A DNA stretch of 64,000 bases from contig CBFFRP010000297.1 of assembly GCA_965644295.1 (NCBI GenBank), positions 620,001 to 684,000 on the forward strand, in the 5' to 3' direction. The position numbers were made by a program, and so were the translations under genes. Of this stretch, positions 1 through 14,683 are shown in pieces (positions within the stretch are counted from its first letter, which is position 1; the number at the start of each line of letters is the position of its first letter). Source of the DNA: Paraphysomonas bandaiensis. Taxonomy: Eukaryota > Protista > Chrysophyceae. The notes below the pieces were generated by a model. The model was not told where the DNA came from, did no database searches, and was given only the letters and a program-made list of their open reading frames with translations.

Positions 1-349
1 GATTTGGTTTCTCCCAAGTGATAATATCTTCAGCTTCGACATCCCTGCAAGAGGAATGATTCTATCGATAGCGTTTGTTGATAGTGCCAATCGTCTGATG
101 AGATTCACATATAGCATCAACAGTAAACTGACAGTTACATCCATTGACTTACTCGCAATTGCGGAGACCGTTAAGAGAACTGTCCATCTTTATTATGGGG
201 GGAACCTGACAGTAAAGTTTGATATAATCGGCGTCCTCTGCGGACATGTTGTTGGCTGCCTCCCAGTTCTTAAGAGCTTGAGCACAAGTGGTCTGTATAT
301 GCACATATATGAGAGACAAGCGGGTCATATGCACTGATACAATTACCAT
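1..349 (-). CDS. DNAL1: Axonemal dynein light chain 1 (LRR protein), 5' part; gene runs off the window start
   Basis: ATG at 349-347 is followed directly by a gtaatt intron. Spliced exons read M-TTCAQALKNWEAANNMSAEDADYIKLYCQVPPIIKMDSSLNGLRNCE-RLALSTNAIDRIIPLAGMSKLKILSLGRNQI, matching LC1/DNAL1 motifs (PPIxKMD, LSTNxI, LKILSLGRN). Confidence 0.9.
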
Positions 350-1856
350 TTTATAAGCAGACTATTCCAAATACTATGAGCAGGTCGTTTATATGAAGTA
401 AAGTGAGAGTTGGGTTTGTTTAAAGCATTGAGATGAGCTGACAGTGTGAGGGGCTTATATATACACACCTGCATGCATACACGTCTATCTATACATACAT
501 ATACAGGTAGAGGTACATACACACGTACGTATAGAGAGAGTGATAATGTATGAGATGCTCCGTAGACACACACCCAACCCAACTGACAACATGCGAAACC
601 GATACTGTACTAGAGTAAATACAGAGATATACAGACAGATGTACTGCTGTACTACGCAATGTAATGTACTGAAGTACAAGGTAATGCAGTACGATTGAAT
701 TGGGGGATTTTGGGGTGTTATTTTCAAGGGTTTTTGGAATCCCGCTAGCACAATATTCCGGTTTTCATACAAGGCAATGAGATATCATGGATATACAGAG
801 CAGTGCAGTGTGTTGCATATCTATACATACATGCAGACATCATTGTAAGGTGACATGATCACATCATATTAACTGCACACAACACGTGTCGTGAAGGAAG
901 AAGGAAGTATTACAACAGTACCCATGCACCTCTTATGTGGCATCAATACAGAGCACTCATAATACAGAGATATCTTTATATGTGGAGAGTGTTGCAGTTA
1001 GAAGATACGGATCATGACTCTTATGTGTTCATAGGTGTTGTTTTTAGTTCAATCTGATGGATGTGTGGTGGAGGGGAACAAGAAGAAGCTGTGAAGGACA
1101 GAAGTAATTACTTCATCAAATAGTAAACTGCCCAAGAAGCCCCAGAATACAACTATAACACAATGTGCGGAGGGTTCGATCTGGAATGTATACAGCCAAT
1201 CTATATTGCATTACAATTCGAAGTATATAAACTCAGCATTGGAAGCCAACAGCCTTAAATTATATACTTGTTTTTTGACTAGTTTGATTGATCAATGCAT
1301 TTGAAGTAGATGGTATATATGAGACCACCAAACAAATAGGTGGCAAGACAGATGTATGAGTAAAACGTAACATAGTCTATTGTGTGACTGCACCAAAGAG
1401 GAGCTTAAAGTGAAAACCAATCAATACTAATTCAATTTCTCTTGTTATCATTTTAAGATATTTGCAGCTGCAATGAAATATCATTTTACAAATCAATTCT
1501 AACCCCAAACATATCGACATCTTATATATTTTGTGTTTTCATCAGTACAATCATAATATAGTTTTCCTATGCAATAAAGAAGATATCCTTGACACTACAC
1601 AATTGCTGTTAAAATATTTCATCACATGTACCCACTATCCTGTAAACCTCCTCGTCCTGCTTACATCTAAAATATTTCACACCCAACGCTCACAACTGGA
1701 GTAGTGCAGCATTATGTACACTAAAATTAAGCCGATTGAAATTTATTCTAATAAATCGGATCTGAAGCATACACAAAAAACGATATGTACTGTACAGAAA
1801 TATATAAAAAATAGTATCGATTTCATACAAAATTAATATATACTGCAATAAAGCGA

Positions 1857-3212
1857 CTACAGATTACTTTTCAGCTGTTTCAAAAGTATCGCCATATTCG
1901 AGGCCTCTAAATCTCCACCGGATGTCAGCTGCAACAAAATTGGGCCGACAACAGCAGGATCAGATACCGCTGACCGTGGTATGCACACGCTCACTAAGTC
2001 CACCACAAATTTAGTTTGAATGCTGGAGCACACAGTTAAAGGGTACATCCTGAGAAGATACTGAGTTAAAGCTTTCAAATTTTCCGGATCGAATACATCA
2101 CGAAAATAAGATGCGCCCAGTCGATTCAGAATTGTGAATGCGTGCTCTCTGATATTCGTACTCTTATCTCTACACTTAAACACAAATACCCTCACTATTT
2201 CCATCGCAATATCATTTCCACACATCCGAATGACATTACATTCGTCCAATATGCATAATGCTTTCAGACGCAATTTGTCCGATGTGTCGAGCATTACTAC
2301 ATCAAGGAGGATGTGAATTATTTTTCCAACATAAGAATCAATATGGCCAGCATCATCAGTTCGATTACTATCAGCTGATTCAGTATAGTCACGACAACAT
2401 GACCCCATCAGACGACCCAAAAAAGACACGCCGGCAACACGAAATAAACTTGGAAAGTGAGAAAACACTACAACTTCTGACATGGTTTTGATATGAGCTG
2501 AGATAGGCCCACAAAAACACAATATATTATTAGCAAAACGAATAATGCTGCTTTCAATTTCACGTGCTTTCGACCGCTTGTTTACTGTATATTCCAGATA
2601 TTCCTTTCCAAGTTGAATGATTTTTTGTTGTAATATCTCTGATACACCTGGCACGGCAAGAAACACTCTGGATAAGATAAAACAGTCACATATATCGTGT
2701 TGTTTATTTAATTTGACGTGATATATGAACAAGGACTTGAAATATATCATAGAGATCGTAGGGTACAAATCGATAATACACTGAAGAAGATTCACGCATT
2801 GCTCGAATTTGTCTTGTGTCAATATGTTGTCAGACCTAAGGTGGAATGCAATCATAAGAACAGAGTGAATGACAATCGGTACGTTAGAGGAATGCAATTT
2901 CAAAATCTCTTTTAAGCGATTGAACATAAACACATCTGAACACACTCCACTGAAGCGATGAGACTGAGATAAACACACCACATTGACGGCAAGAACTGTG
3001 ATATTGGAAGATTCATAGAGTTCTTGATAGCCTTTAGAGAGGAGATCAACTGGGCCGTTAGTTTGTTGAGCAATAGAGTTAATGAAACACATATAGTGCT
3101 TAACACTAACAGAGTTGTTTGTATGCGTATACTCGTTGAAAACATGCGATATCTCACTCTTCCCAGCTGATAAATCACCTTGAATGATGTCATTGATGAG
3201 TGACTGAGACAT
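1857..3212 (-). CDS. Hypothetical 451-aa protein, probably ARM/HEAT-repeat alpha-solenoid
   Basis: Long uninterrupted ORF with HEAT-like C-terminal segments (LDTSDKLRLKAL, RDKSTNIREHAFTIL). No specific family recognised. Confidence 0.6.
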   Translation of the reverse strand: MSQSLINDIIQGDLSAGKSEISHVFNEYTHTNNSVSVKHYMCFINSIAQQTNGPVDLLSKGYQELYESSNITVLAVNVVCLSQSHRFSGVCSDVFMFNRLKEILKLHSSNVPIVIHSVLMIAFHLRSDNILTQDKFEQCVNLLQCIIDLYPTISMIYFKSLFIYHVKLNKQHDICDCFILSRVFLAVPGVSEILQQKIIQLGKEYLEYTVNKRSKAREIESSIIRFANNILCFCGPISAHIKTMSEVVVFSHFPSLFRVAGVSFLGRLMGSCCRDYTESADSNRTDDAGHIDSYVGKIIHILLDVVMLDTSDKLRLKALCILDECNVIRMCGNDIAMEIVRVFVFKCRDKSTNIREHAFTILNRLGASYFRDVFDPENLKALTQYLLRMYPLTVCSSIQTKFVVDLVSVCIPRSAVSDPAVVGPILLQLTSGGDLEASNMAILLKQLKSNL

Positions 3213-3767
3213 AGGGGGATATAGACGTGATATATCTCATCGTATATACACTCATAGCCTTACACCGCATACATACATACGATACATACACATGACACTG
3301 TGCATATGACACTGTGCATACATACGATATGGACAGCATGTGCATGTAGGATGTGGACTGTCGTCGATATGAGCGAAGTTTAATCACTTCACTTCATCTT
3401 CACATAATATCCCCTATTTTGTACCAATAAGTTAGAACTATTGGGTTTTCTGTTGTCAACATGTCGTTATTGTGCATTTTCTCCGATTTTGCTGCCACTC
3501 TGCAGAGAATGTCCACGTCATCTACACCTCAAAGATACGGATAGTATACAAGAGAATACATGAGTGTATACCTCAAAAGATCTGCAGTGTTGCAGTTGTG
3601 TGCAGTGGACTGCATACACACATACACACCCTCTACAGCATATCCTCGACACAACACACTGCACGGATCACTCACAATTACAACACACAAGACTATTGCA
3701 CACTGCATTGCTAAACCGGCTTATACTTACCAATTAAAGAGTTTATTTAATTAACGTGATTGTTACT

Positions 3768-5752
3768 ATGCAACGTAAGGCCCTTAAGATGTGTTGCTGT
3801 GTTCTAACTGTATGTTACTGTGTGCAGCTATTCATCAATCGACATCGTGGGCTAGACTTCAGGAACATGCTAATGAGATCAAGCAATTGCATCTGAGAGA
3901 TCTGATGAATGACAGTCAGAGATGTGGTTCTCTCTATGCGGAATATGATGGCATCGCGTTGGATTATTCGAGACAGAATGTGACTGCAACAACAATGGTT
4001 CGAATGCACATAACACAACAGACACCTTTGAAATTGTTATTTTATAGGATCTTCTCTTTGATCTGGCTGCAACTGCTGGCTTGGACATTAAAAGAGCGGC
4101 AATGGGGAGTGGAAATCACATAAACTCTACTGAAGATAGAGCTGTAATGCATATGGCACTCCGATCTCCACGCTCAAAGCGTTTTGTTGTTGATGGAGCC
4201 GATGTTGTACCTGATGTGCACTCTGTTTTGGATAAAATATCGTCATTTTCGGAAGATGTTCGCTCAAAGCGCTGGGTCGGAGCAACAGGAAAGCCCCTCG
4301 TAAACGTAATTTCTGTCGGCATTGGGGGATCTTATCTGGGCCCAGAATTTGTTTACGAAGCACTCAAAACAGATCCGGTGGGTAAGGAAACTTCTGCGGG
4401 ACGACAGCTTCACTTTCTTGCAAATGTCGACCCTGTTGATGTTTCTAGAGCTATCAGTGGAATGGATCCTGAAGAAACTCTTGTGGTAGTCGTGTCGAAG
4501 ACTTTCACCACTGCCGAAACTATGCTGAATGCAAAGACACTTCGAGAGTGGCTCCTCAAGAGCATGAACGGCGTTGCCAGTGGAGACGTTATCCGACAGC
4601 ACATGGTGGCCGTCAGGTGATATAGCGTTCTTATATTTATTTCGTATTAATTGCTTTTTAGTTCAGCAGTGTCCAAGGCCACTGATTTCGGTATGTGTTT
4701 AGCATTGAAGTGTACACAGTTTTAACATGCTGGTTTAGGGATCAGTGAATCTAATGTATTTGGATTTTGGGATTGGGTTGGAGGTCGATACTCTGTGAGC
4801 TCTGCTGTGGGAGTTGTGCCACTTGCTCTGCACTATGGCATGGATCTCACAAAAGAATTTTTGGCTGGGGCCCACGACATGGATGTTCACTTCTTTGAGG
4901 TGATTAGTCATTATTGTTGTGTGATATATGTGCTCATATAGTGCAGACACCCATGAGACAGAACCTTCCCGTGCTGATGGGTTTATTGGGAGTATGGAAT
5001 TCAACATTTCTAGGGCATGAAACCAGAGCTATATTGCCCTACTCCCAGGCGTTGTTAAGATTTGCGGCCCATGTTCAGCAGCTGGATATGGAGAGTAACG
5101 GCAAGCGTGTTGGGACAGATGGCTCCGTCCTTCCTTACAAATGTGGAGAAATTATATTCGGAGAGCCTGGAACTAATGGACAACATTCTTTTTACCAGTT
5201 GGTGCACCAGGGTCGTGTAGTTCCTGCAGAGTTCATCGCATTCTGCGAATCCCCTTCACCTACTATGGTAATTCACATCTCTGTTCTATAAACATTTTAT
5301 AGTTACGAAATGTATATTTTTAGGTGGCGGGTGAACCGGTGTCGAATCATGATGAGCTCATGTGCAACTTTTTTGCGCAGCCAGATGCGCTTGCGTTTGG
5401 GAAAACTGTTGATGAACTAATTGCAGAAGGTGTTCCTGCGCATCTGCATGCACACAAAGAGTTCCCTGGAAACCGCCCTTCGTTATCTGTTCTATTCCCT
5501 GCACTGAGTGCTCGCACTTGTGGACAACTTCTTGCCATGTATGAGCACAGGGTTGCGGTGCAAGGTTTCATTTGGGGTATTAATTCATTCGATCAATGGG
5601 GTGTTGAGCTAGGAAAGGTGCTTGCCACAAAGGTGAGAAATGCTGTCAGCGCTGCTCGTCAATCTGGACAGAGCGATGTGGCCGGTTTCAACCCATCGAC
5701 TACAACACTTTTGAAAAAATTTTTGAGCCACTCAAATGGTTCCACGAAGTAG
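3768..5752 (+). CDS. GPI: Glucose-6-phosphate isomerase, multi-exon
   Basis: ATG CAA C|gtaagg start. Motifs [66 protein letters not shown] and [13 protein letters not shown] are joined by ~50-nt GT-AG introns, including a 29-nt exon at 4662-4690. Confidence 0.96.
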
Positions 5753-7693
5753 GCACTCGCCAAGTTTTTAATCAAGCTGCATTTCTGGTAAATGGCACAC
5801 AGCAAAGCGTAAATTGTTGAGTAGTTGTCATTATTTTTAATAGTGGCGAAGTATTTGTTGCCCTCGGTTAATAAGCAGTATACCCGTTGTTATTTCTAAT
5901 GGTATTTTTGTATACCAGTATCAGGGAAAGAAGGTAAAAACTGATATTCCATTGTTTTTGAAGAAGTACTTTATTTTATTCAGTATGAAGTAGATGATGT
6001 AGCAGAATTGAGTTTGCTACTCATGTTACTCATGTGTTAGAACTTGCAAACAAAAGTTACTAGAGTCACACTTCTGGATTTTTCGGTCAAAACTATTAGT
6101 TTTAGTTTTTAGGATACGCATTACCCATAGCATTGGTACTTACACCGTTTAGAATGTACATGAAGGTAATCTTGGAAAGCTACATCGTATCATTCTCACC
6201 ATAAAGCAAAAAAGATAATCAGCAGGCTGCTTATCAATTATTAATTGACTATTAATTGTCACCCAGCTCTGAAAACAAGTATTCTTAAACGTTAAATCCC
6301 AATATGATAAGTTCGTTCTGTATTTCAATGTGACTGAGAAATAAAGATCTTATTGGTTCAATTGTAGTCATTGTAACGCACTTTTCTGTTTACGCTGCGT
6401 TTGTCTGTTTTTCATGTCACTCTTCGACTATATTACATATATAATTATATTCTTCAGTCCATTATACTGTATATACATGTAATATAGGGTCCTTTCAGTA
6501 TTCATATTCTATTTTTCAGTACTCGAGTTACAATTTTTTTCTCAGATTGCCTTTAATGATTTCCTCCAGTTTCACTGAGGATAGCGGAGTATGTTAAGAG
6601 AATCGAGATTCGTTAAAAGAGAGAGCACAAAGGATGATTAGATATTTTGAAGTGTTTATATCCATCAGTGTATCTAATATACTTGCATTGTAATGATACA
6701 ATCAGTGTTAATCTGTGCTACAAGCTATTATTATAGAAAACTCATAAAGCTGATCAAGCTTTGTGTGCAAAATGCATGCGTACATCGTCAACCTTCTTAA
6801 AATTGAAAGTGTTTTCATCTTAACCTGGTGGTCACCTCTACAACACAATACGTACAGCATGCTACTAAACAGCATCACAGCAAGTATCTTGTGTGGGTGT
6901 TTTACTGATTGGATGATATCAAGTAACACATTCATCATTACAATGTAAGCATATCTACCCATATTTTCATGCAATCTAAGCGCTATGCGGACAGGAATGG
7001 CAGTGTGTTAGAAGCCTGTCGTGAGGGCAACTGTCTTGCCTCCAATCCCCCTCTCTTGCAGCCCATCTACAACTCTCATCACTATACGGGGCGGGAGGTT
7101 CATGTATGGGGTCATACAGGTACCTCCTTCCTACTCAAGTATGCACTGTCTGATATTGGCCACAGTTGCATGATTCATTGCATGGAGATGATCGTTGAGT
7201 TGACGGATAGAGTGATACAAGCAATAGAGTAGCATAGATAGACTGTATATACGACTGGGCTACTGAAGATCTCGCTCTTTACACACACAAGACGACTACG
7301 AAAAATGCCAGATTTTTATGCAGCAATAACATCCAATATCTCTAAAAAAACTAAAAATCTAAGATTTTCTTCTGTATGGCCTGCTGTTTAGATAGGAATA
7401 CCTGCAATGTATTCTATGTATTCTTCCATTGTTGTGTGTGATGCAGGGTCAGTTACACACAAGGGCCAGTCACTCACAGAGTGCTCTACAAACACTTCGA
7501 CTTCACTATCCTTCACTGCTATTGGATAACACTCACTTCACTTCGACTTCATTGATTATAAGAGTAAGCCAATTGGTGTCATTGAATTCGTCTCAGTGTG
7601 TTACGACTATTTCATATAGTTGTATATCGTATAGTTAATTCCACTGGCAGTCGTGAAGATATATATATATATATATATCAGTGGGCAGACAAC

Positions 7694-10016
7694 ATGGTGA
7701 AGCCAAGGACCGGGACTCTTGGCACCACGAATACACAGATACACACTCGACATAAAAGTGGAGTGTTTGATATCCATGATAGCATAAAACCTCCAGTTAA
7801 ACCTGTGAGGACTGGGCATCATTTAACTCGATTAAACGAGACGTCCACGTGGAAAGTTGAGGCCCGGAATATTCCTGAATACACCACTGAGAAACTGACA
7901 CAGTATACTGATCCGAAAACACGACATATGGAGTCAGCGAAGATAAAGCCGCCTGATTATGAGGCTCAGAGGGAGTCATTACGCATGAAAGCTGTGGATA
8001 AGTTTGAGATGTTAGCCAAGAAGAGATATGGATCCATGAAAGGCTTGTTCACTGCGGTAGGGTGATGTTTTACATGCTGGGTTGATGTGTGGATTGACTC
8101 TTTATTGTGTTCTCTAGTTGAAAAAGGATGCCACTTCTAAGTTAACTCTTGATGAGTTTTCTGAACATCTACGCAAGAGGAACATGGATTTGTACTTTCC
8201 TCGAGATGAGCAGAGGCTTCTCTTTGAGCTCTTTGACAAAGACCATTCAAATCGCGTACAGATATCCGATCTGCTGGAGCACTCCCAGTCAATGGACGAC
8301 AGTAGTATACCTTCGGGAACTCGTTGGAAATCAGAGACAAAAGATTTGATTTTCTCGAAAATAGACGAACAGAGGGGCAAAGAAAAGCTTGTGCAAAGCC
8401 CGCGGCAAACAAAACTTCAACTCGTGCGCACTTTGCGCAATCTTGATCCGCGAAGTACAGGATATGTGGACAAGGACCAGTTAAAGTGGGCGTTGGGCCC
8501 TGGGTACTTGAATTTAAATCTCACCGATGAAGAGATTCAAGCGGCGGTAGATTTATGTCCTCCGAGTTCCAGGACAGGGAAAATCAGTTACGATAAATTT
8601 GTTCGAGTTCTAGACATTCGTAACACTGACCCGATTGCGGACCCTTTTTTCGATGCGAGAGCAAATCAGATCACCATGTTGAAAAAACGACTGGCTACTC
8701 TAGATGCTGTTGCGAATGATAAGGACCTCTTAGATCGCCGAGATGAACTGCTTAAAGTTTGTATGGTCGGACCGGGTGAAAGTGGCCTGGCTGCATTTCT
8801 TGATCCTATGCGGACGGCCCCCACGACAACTCAGTCGTCCTCCCTCCGCATGGGCAGCCCCGAAAAAGAAGCTCTAGAAGACATGGACCAGGGTCGACGA
8901 GCACGTCCTCGTCTGTCTCATCGACAGTCTTCGTTTAACATAGACACCACCCACTACGAGGAACCCGAAGATGACGAGCAAGTTGATGCCAGTGGTAGGA
9001 GACATTTCCGGGCCACGATGAACCATCCATCAAGGTCAAGGGTGAAGTATCCTATGACCGTGGATCTCGCACAAGCCCACTCTGAACACAGGGAGAGTAT
9101 CCCTGGTGGTAGGAGGCGGGGTCCTGACGCTGTAACCGACTGGGGCATTATTCAGCATGATTCATCTTACCCTCCCTCTCCAGATACTCGACCTGCCACG
9201 TCAAGTATGTTAGCGACATCGAAGAGTTTGTCTGCATTGGAAACAGACAGTCGCTACAGGTCGACGCAGTCTGAATACTACACGCCGTTGGAATATAAAC
9301 CAAGTATGCCTGTCACCCGCCCCCATGTAATTGGTGATGCTATGAGATGTGCTATGGAACGGGAGGTAAGTGATGGCTTCGTTTTTAGGAATTTACTTCT
9401 GGTGCTATTATTACATTTAAGTTGTGTAGTAGTGTGTTAACATTTATCCTGAACTCTCTAAAATATATATGCAGGAGAGACGCAGAAAGCGATATGAAAG
9501 GACACAAGCCAATATGAACGCAGTTTCGAATTATGTTGAGCTTGAGCGTATATCACAGGTATGATAGATGGCGTCATTGAAGAATTGATACAATTTTGTA
9601 TTTCTTCAGCTATATCTTTTTTATTATCAATTAAAATACTTAATATTTTATTCCAGACACTGAATGAAAGTTTACGTGCAAAAGGTAGAGTGAAAGAAGC
9701 CCTGCACTATGAATCAGCCGCTTTTCACGAAGATATCAAGACCTACTCTCGGTATGCCCAATTTCATAGTTACTACTCTGTAAGTGTTAATATATGTTGT
9801 GCAATAACGAACAGACGACCGGGACATCATATGCAGCGCAAGCCAAATCCTGAGTTGTTCAACAAAATGTGGGGCGGAAATCTACAGCATGACAAGAAGG
9901 TTGTCGAGGATCGAGATTTTTCCACGACGTATGCTAGGTCATTCATGTACCCCTCAGAATCTACTCCTGCATCTAGCGGTAGATCTGTTGATCCTGAATC
10001 ATTTCCAGTAGTATGA
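7694..10016 (+). CDS. EF-hand domain protein, multi-exon
   Basis: ORFs 7598-8065, 8118-9440 and 9561-10016 are joined by GT-AG introns. EF-hand-like loops FDKDHSNRVQISDL and LDPRSTGYVDKDQL are followed by a low-complexity tail. Confidence 0.7.
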
Positions 10017-11750
10017 ATACAGGATGAAAAAATAACTGGTTTACTGTTGACCCCGTGGCTATGTAGTGATTGTGAACTGTAAAGTGCGTGTTATGTGGTA
10101 GAGAGTATACATAATAATAAGTTTTATTGAATTTGATATTTGTTAAATTGATGTGACTGGTCAGCAGCTCATTCGCTATATTTAGCTGAACTCACGTAAT
10201 ATTAAGTTTTTCCGTGTATCGGAACACCTGTAGGGTATTACTAATAGGTAAGAGTAAATGTGAAAAGATATTGAACAACAAATGGCACCATACTTAACAA
10301 TAATAAATGATATAACAAGGAGAACTAGCCAGAACCACTTTTGAAATCATTTTGAAATTAGCATATTTGAAGCAATAAAAGCTTCATTTTAAAGTTTCAA
10401 AATTATGATGAATAGAGTAGTTAAAGACAGTATGATAATAACCCTATGAAATAGGTTCGACAAGCTGAAATATAATGGCTGTATAAGGTCGTGGCTATAT
10501 AAGATCGTAATATAGGTTGGTAGTAGTGATGTACTGACAACAACATTATTGTGATTGACAACAAATGACTAGAAATGACATTTCTTTTAGTCATACTATT
10601 ACATGCATTATGTACTAAGTTTACAAAGCTTGCTCGGCGACTTCAAAGCAGTTGATACAAGGCTTTTCTATACTTACAGACTGCTGTAACACAGTACCTG
10701 TGCATATCAGAAGAACTAGATCACTTCATAGAGTATAGATAATTCTATCACCATCATCACATTAAACATGTAACACAGCTCTCTGCGATTCTCGAGTTTA
10801 TTTTTTAGCCGATATCTATCTTATATGTATAGCATATTTATAAGCAGTAACTGTATAGTCACTGTCCTCATAACTATCGTTTAGTATCTTATGTAGTGCC
10901 TCTGATATTCTCACAATGACTTGAAAACATAATCAACTATTCTACATGATAGCAGACAAGAAGTCACAGTTTCAAGATATTGATCAATACCTGAATATCT
11001 TTGCTTCACATGCTTGTACTTTATCTACATATCTATGCATATATATTATCGAACATCGCATTGAAGGTAATCATCTAACGTTCGAACGCTAAGGTCTAAT
11101 GACTGGATGAAGATACAAGATATTACCATAGACCAGATGTTGTGATTAGTCAAACAGCATATAGATATGTTTCCATGGAACTAACTCGTGCAATAAGATA
11201 TATAGATATATGCATGCAATAGATGCATGGAGGCGTTGTTTTCACGGGCTGTTTGATCCGTAATCAGGGCTGTGTGTTAGTTGAACGGATTACGTGTTCT
11301 GTTCTAACGGCTACAAAAAAAACTCGAAACCAAAAAAAATATAACTGACAGCAATGTATGTCTTGTAATACCGTAAATACACTGCTAGATGTATGTATGT
11401 ATGTTTGTACTGCCGCTGTGTGTATGTATGTATGCGTACAGGTATATGCATAGAGAGACGGGTCGGATATGTCTGTCTATGTATGTGTATGTATGTGTGT
11501 GCTTCATAGTGTTTAAAATCTAACCTCTGCAGACACATAGAAGCAGCATCTAATCAGGCACTGAGTTACAGGCAGGAGTATCGATACATTAAGAAGCTGA
11601 TTCAAAGTAAGTGTGTGTCCACATATTCACATACTCGTGCTGTAGTCTGCATACACATACATACACACACATACACACACACACATACATACACACATCT
11701 CCGTACCTTCTCACTCGTATGCTAATCCTCGTCTGAAGGTCTTCATCGTA

Positions 11751-12633
11751 ATGGGAGTAGCATCATCAACCAAACTACCGCCTGTGTTGGAAACAATACA
11801 AGAATGTATGTATGATCTGCGTGTGGCTCTCTATCAGTGACCGTATGCATGTATGTATGTGTGGGTAGGGAACTGGTCTCGAGTTATCGCAGTCATCAAA
11901 GCATACGTTGATGAAGAGCATGATTTTGGTATTGATCATGGGATAGTGACTGCCTTAACGGGCTTGAATGCTGAACATGCGAAGGATCTGATGATGCTGT
12001 TATCTAAATCAGAGACAGGAGTGTGAGTATACATACATACAGAGTGAGTGTGAGTGATGGGATGCTCCTATAGGGTCAATGCCATTACTATGCTAATTGC
12101 GATTGTGTGTTTGGGGGAAAACAAACAATTAATGCTCGAGACTCGACTTGAGACGATGTTCGATTTAATGGACTTCTCGAATAGTGGTCAGATAACGACA
12201 GACGAACTGGTACGCAGCTCTGCATATGACTCATGATACTGCTTAGTTGTGCTAACTATCATTCGTGTAGACCCTCTTGTTTTACTGCACTGCCTCTGCA
12301 TTAGCTGGAATTCTGCAGAAGCCTGACTCCTGCCCCACAGACAATGCGATGACTAAGCTGACGCACTCCTTTTGCGAGGATACTGGCAAAGAGTTAGGCA
12401 GTCTACAGGTACTTAAGAGTGAGTTTCTTGCCTGGGCTACGCATGGACTGTTCGAAATACAAGATATCAATATCGACAACATATATGAAGGCATGTTTTT
12501 GACTGTGAGACGTGGACGCTATAAGAACGTAGCGGCTGCAGATGGGGATGGAAATACTGTCGGTGCAGAATCGAGTGTTACATTTGACACGGACAATACA
12601 GACCTGAAGAGTGTAGAGGACAACAAGGAGTAG
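11751..12633 (+). CDS. Small N-myristoylated EF-hand (calcineurin-B/NCS-like) protein, 4 coding exons
   Basis: Spliced reading MGVASSTKLPPVLETIQE-WNWSRVIAVIKAYVDEEHDFGID...ETG-VVNAITMLIAIVCL...RLETMFDLMDFSNSGQITTDEL-TLLFYCTASAL. MGxxxS myristoylation motif and a canonical EF loop. Confidence 0.7.
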
Positions 12634-12924
12634 GAGTAGCAACCGGCCTTTATGCTGGCCGTTCGATTCTTTATTGCGATGAGGTGTACATGAAGGGTAG
12701 GATGACAGTATTATTGCGGGACTATATTAGGTCAGTTATGTAATAGCTAGCATCAGTATTACGCACCATATGTGCTGGTGTAAGAATTGTGAACGATGAT
12801 GAAATGAACAAAATATAACTTATTAAATTACTAGATATATTACTGCAATTTAATAAAATGTCTCTGAGAATCAGCAAGTTAAATTTACGTCAAACATTAA
12901 CTCCATAAATATCTTATAATCTTA

Positions 12925-13111
12925 TATATATTGAAAGTCTTATTATTTAGCAATAGGCATTAAAAATCTGCACCAATGTAGTGGCTAGTTGAATGCTAGA
13001 CAGACTTTTTAGACCTCTACCCATAACTAATCAGCACAGACTCTATTATCCTACTATTTAGGGCTACAGAAGCTGCTTGTGCATCGCCGCAAGCACCAAG
13101 GTGCGACCACC
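12925..13111 (-). repeat. Dispersed repeat family R1, short copy
   Basis: Shares TTATT(T)AGCAATAGGC and GCTTGTGCRTCRCCGCAAGCACCAAGGTGCRACCAC blocks with copies at ~13.5, 26.4, 56.3 and 59.0 kb. Confidence 0.8.
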
Positions 13112-13464
13112 ATAACTATGTTTACCTCAAACTCAATTGTATCACATACAAATTATGCGGTTGTTGGTATCATTTACTACAATATAAACAGTGTTATTTT
13201 AACTACGATAAATAGCTGATACAGAGCAATTTACACTCCTCCAGTAGTTGTGGAGGATACTCTCTCTAGCTACCTCGATTTTATTCACGAGAGTTATATA
13301 TAACCACGTGAAAATTGAATATGCCTTGAGTGCACAAGTTTATTCTCTCTATCGACATTACACCTATTGGTGTTCTATAAACATCTGTAGCATTAGTAGC
13401 ACAGTGTTTGTTTCGGTCCCTTTTAAGAGTCAATTGTGACTTGAATGTTATTAATTATTGCTAC

Positions 13465-13980
13465 AATACTCCAGCTTGCAATTCTAGTAGTGAATGTCTC
13501 ATTATTAGCAATAGGCGTGTAAGAGTCAGAACTAGTGTAGTAAAACAATTTAACTAACTAGTGCTTAACTCTAATATAGAAATGTCTGATAATTACATGA
13601 GAACGGTTGGGTACAGAAACTAACTAGTGCTTAACTCTGATATCTTACTCTTTGGCGCTACGAAAGCTACATGTGCGTCACCGCAAGCACCAAGGTGCAA
13701 CCACTTTCGCTCCATGTCCTTAAGGTGAACTAGCCCGAATGCTTGACTTCAGTAGGCAGCCCAATACCCCGGATGCCTTTGGGATGGGCCCATTCCCAGA
13801 TGCCTGTTTATTCGTCAAAAAAAGCCTAATGACGTCTACACAAGCGACACTAGTTGGTGTCCCTTGTACTGCACAAGCATTTTAGGCTATGTGTGGGCAG
13901 AATAACATCTGCTGACTATGTATGCGGCTCATGTTAGCTTCCCTGAGAAATATCTCCGGTACTTATCCCCCAGAACACCT
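13465..13980 (-). repeat. Dispersed repeat family R1, long copy (possible 5' UTR of an RTE-like non-LTR element or SINE)
   Basis: Reverse complement is colinear with 59050-59470. It continues into ACTAGAATTGCAAGCTGG (TRIASW), reminiscent of an APE-endonuclease N-terminus. Confidence 0.75.
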
Positions 13981-14683
13981 TTTTTAGGGAGCTTGCAATT
14001 CTTATTTGTTGTAGATTTACATTCTAGCCAAACGATTTTTGAATCATTACCACTAGTGTTACCAGGTCCTGATTTAAGTAATTCATCCATACATTCGGAT
14101 AAACTCATGAAATCAGAACTCTACTCTCGTCTTTAAATGAGGATGTTAAAAAATCAGCTGGTACATCATATACTATATACTCTATCTTTAGTCTTCTGGT
14201 CAGTTATAAAGCGCTTTTTAATCAATACGATTCATATATTAGCTTTTCTTTCAAAAGTTTATAGGTCAATTACTCTTATAGTCACTAAAATATTTACTCT
14301 TTTCAATTCATTCTGTATTGCTGTATATATTTTACTTAAAAGCGAGGGCTTCCCTAATTGTGCCATAGAATTTCACAATATTCGTTATTCACAACTTCGT
14401 CGACGGAGCAAAGTAGATATACTTATATAGCATATATTAATCATTGACAACAAACTCAAAAGTAAAATGAAAATCATGTATATATAGGCAGTGATAAGAT
14501 AAGTAGTGCATGTTTACACAAAGGCTATGGAATATAAGAATATATCATTCTACGTACACACTCCCACTACAAAAACATAATAAGTTCGCGTAGACCTCTA
14601 GACGGAGTGATTGTAGTCATTAATAACATGCAGATATTTTATCACTGCATTACAAGCTAGTCATTGAACGAAATGTACGTAGC

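Noticed and set aside
3712-3726. TAAACCGGCTTATAC upstream of GPI resembling the junction-motif end
   Set aside because: Too short, with no hairpin or CAACACAA end; likely chance.
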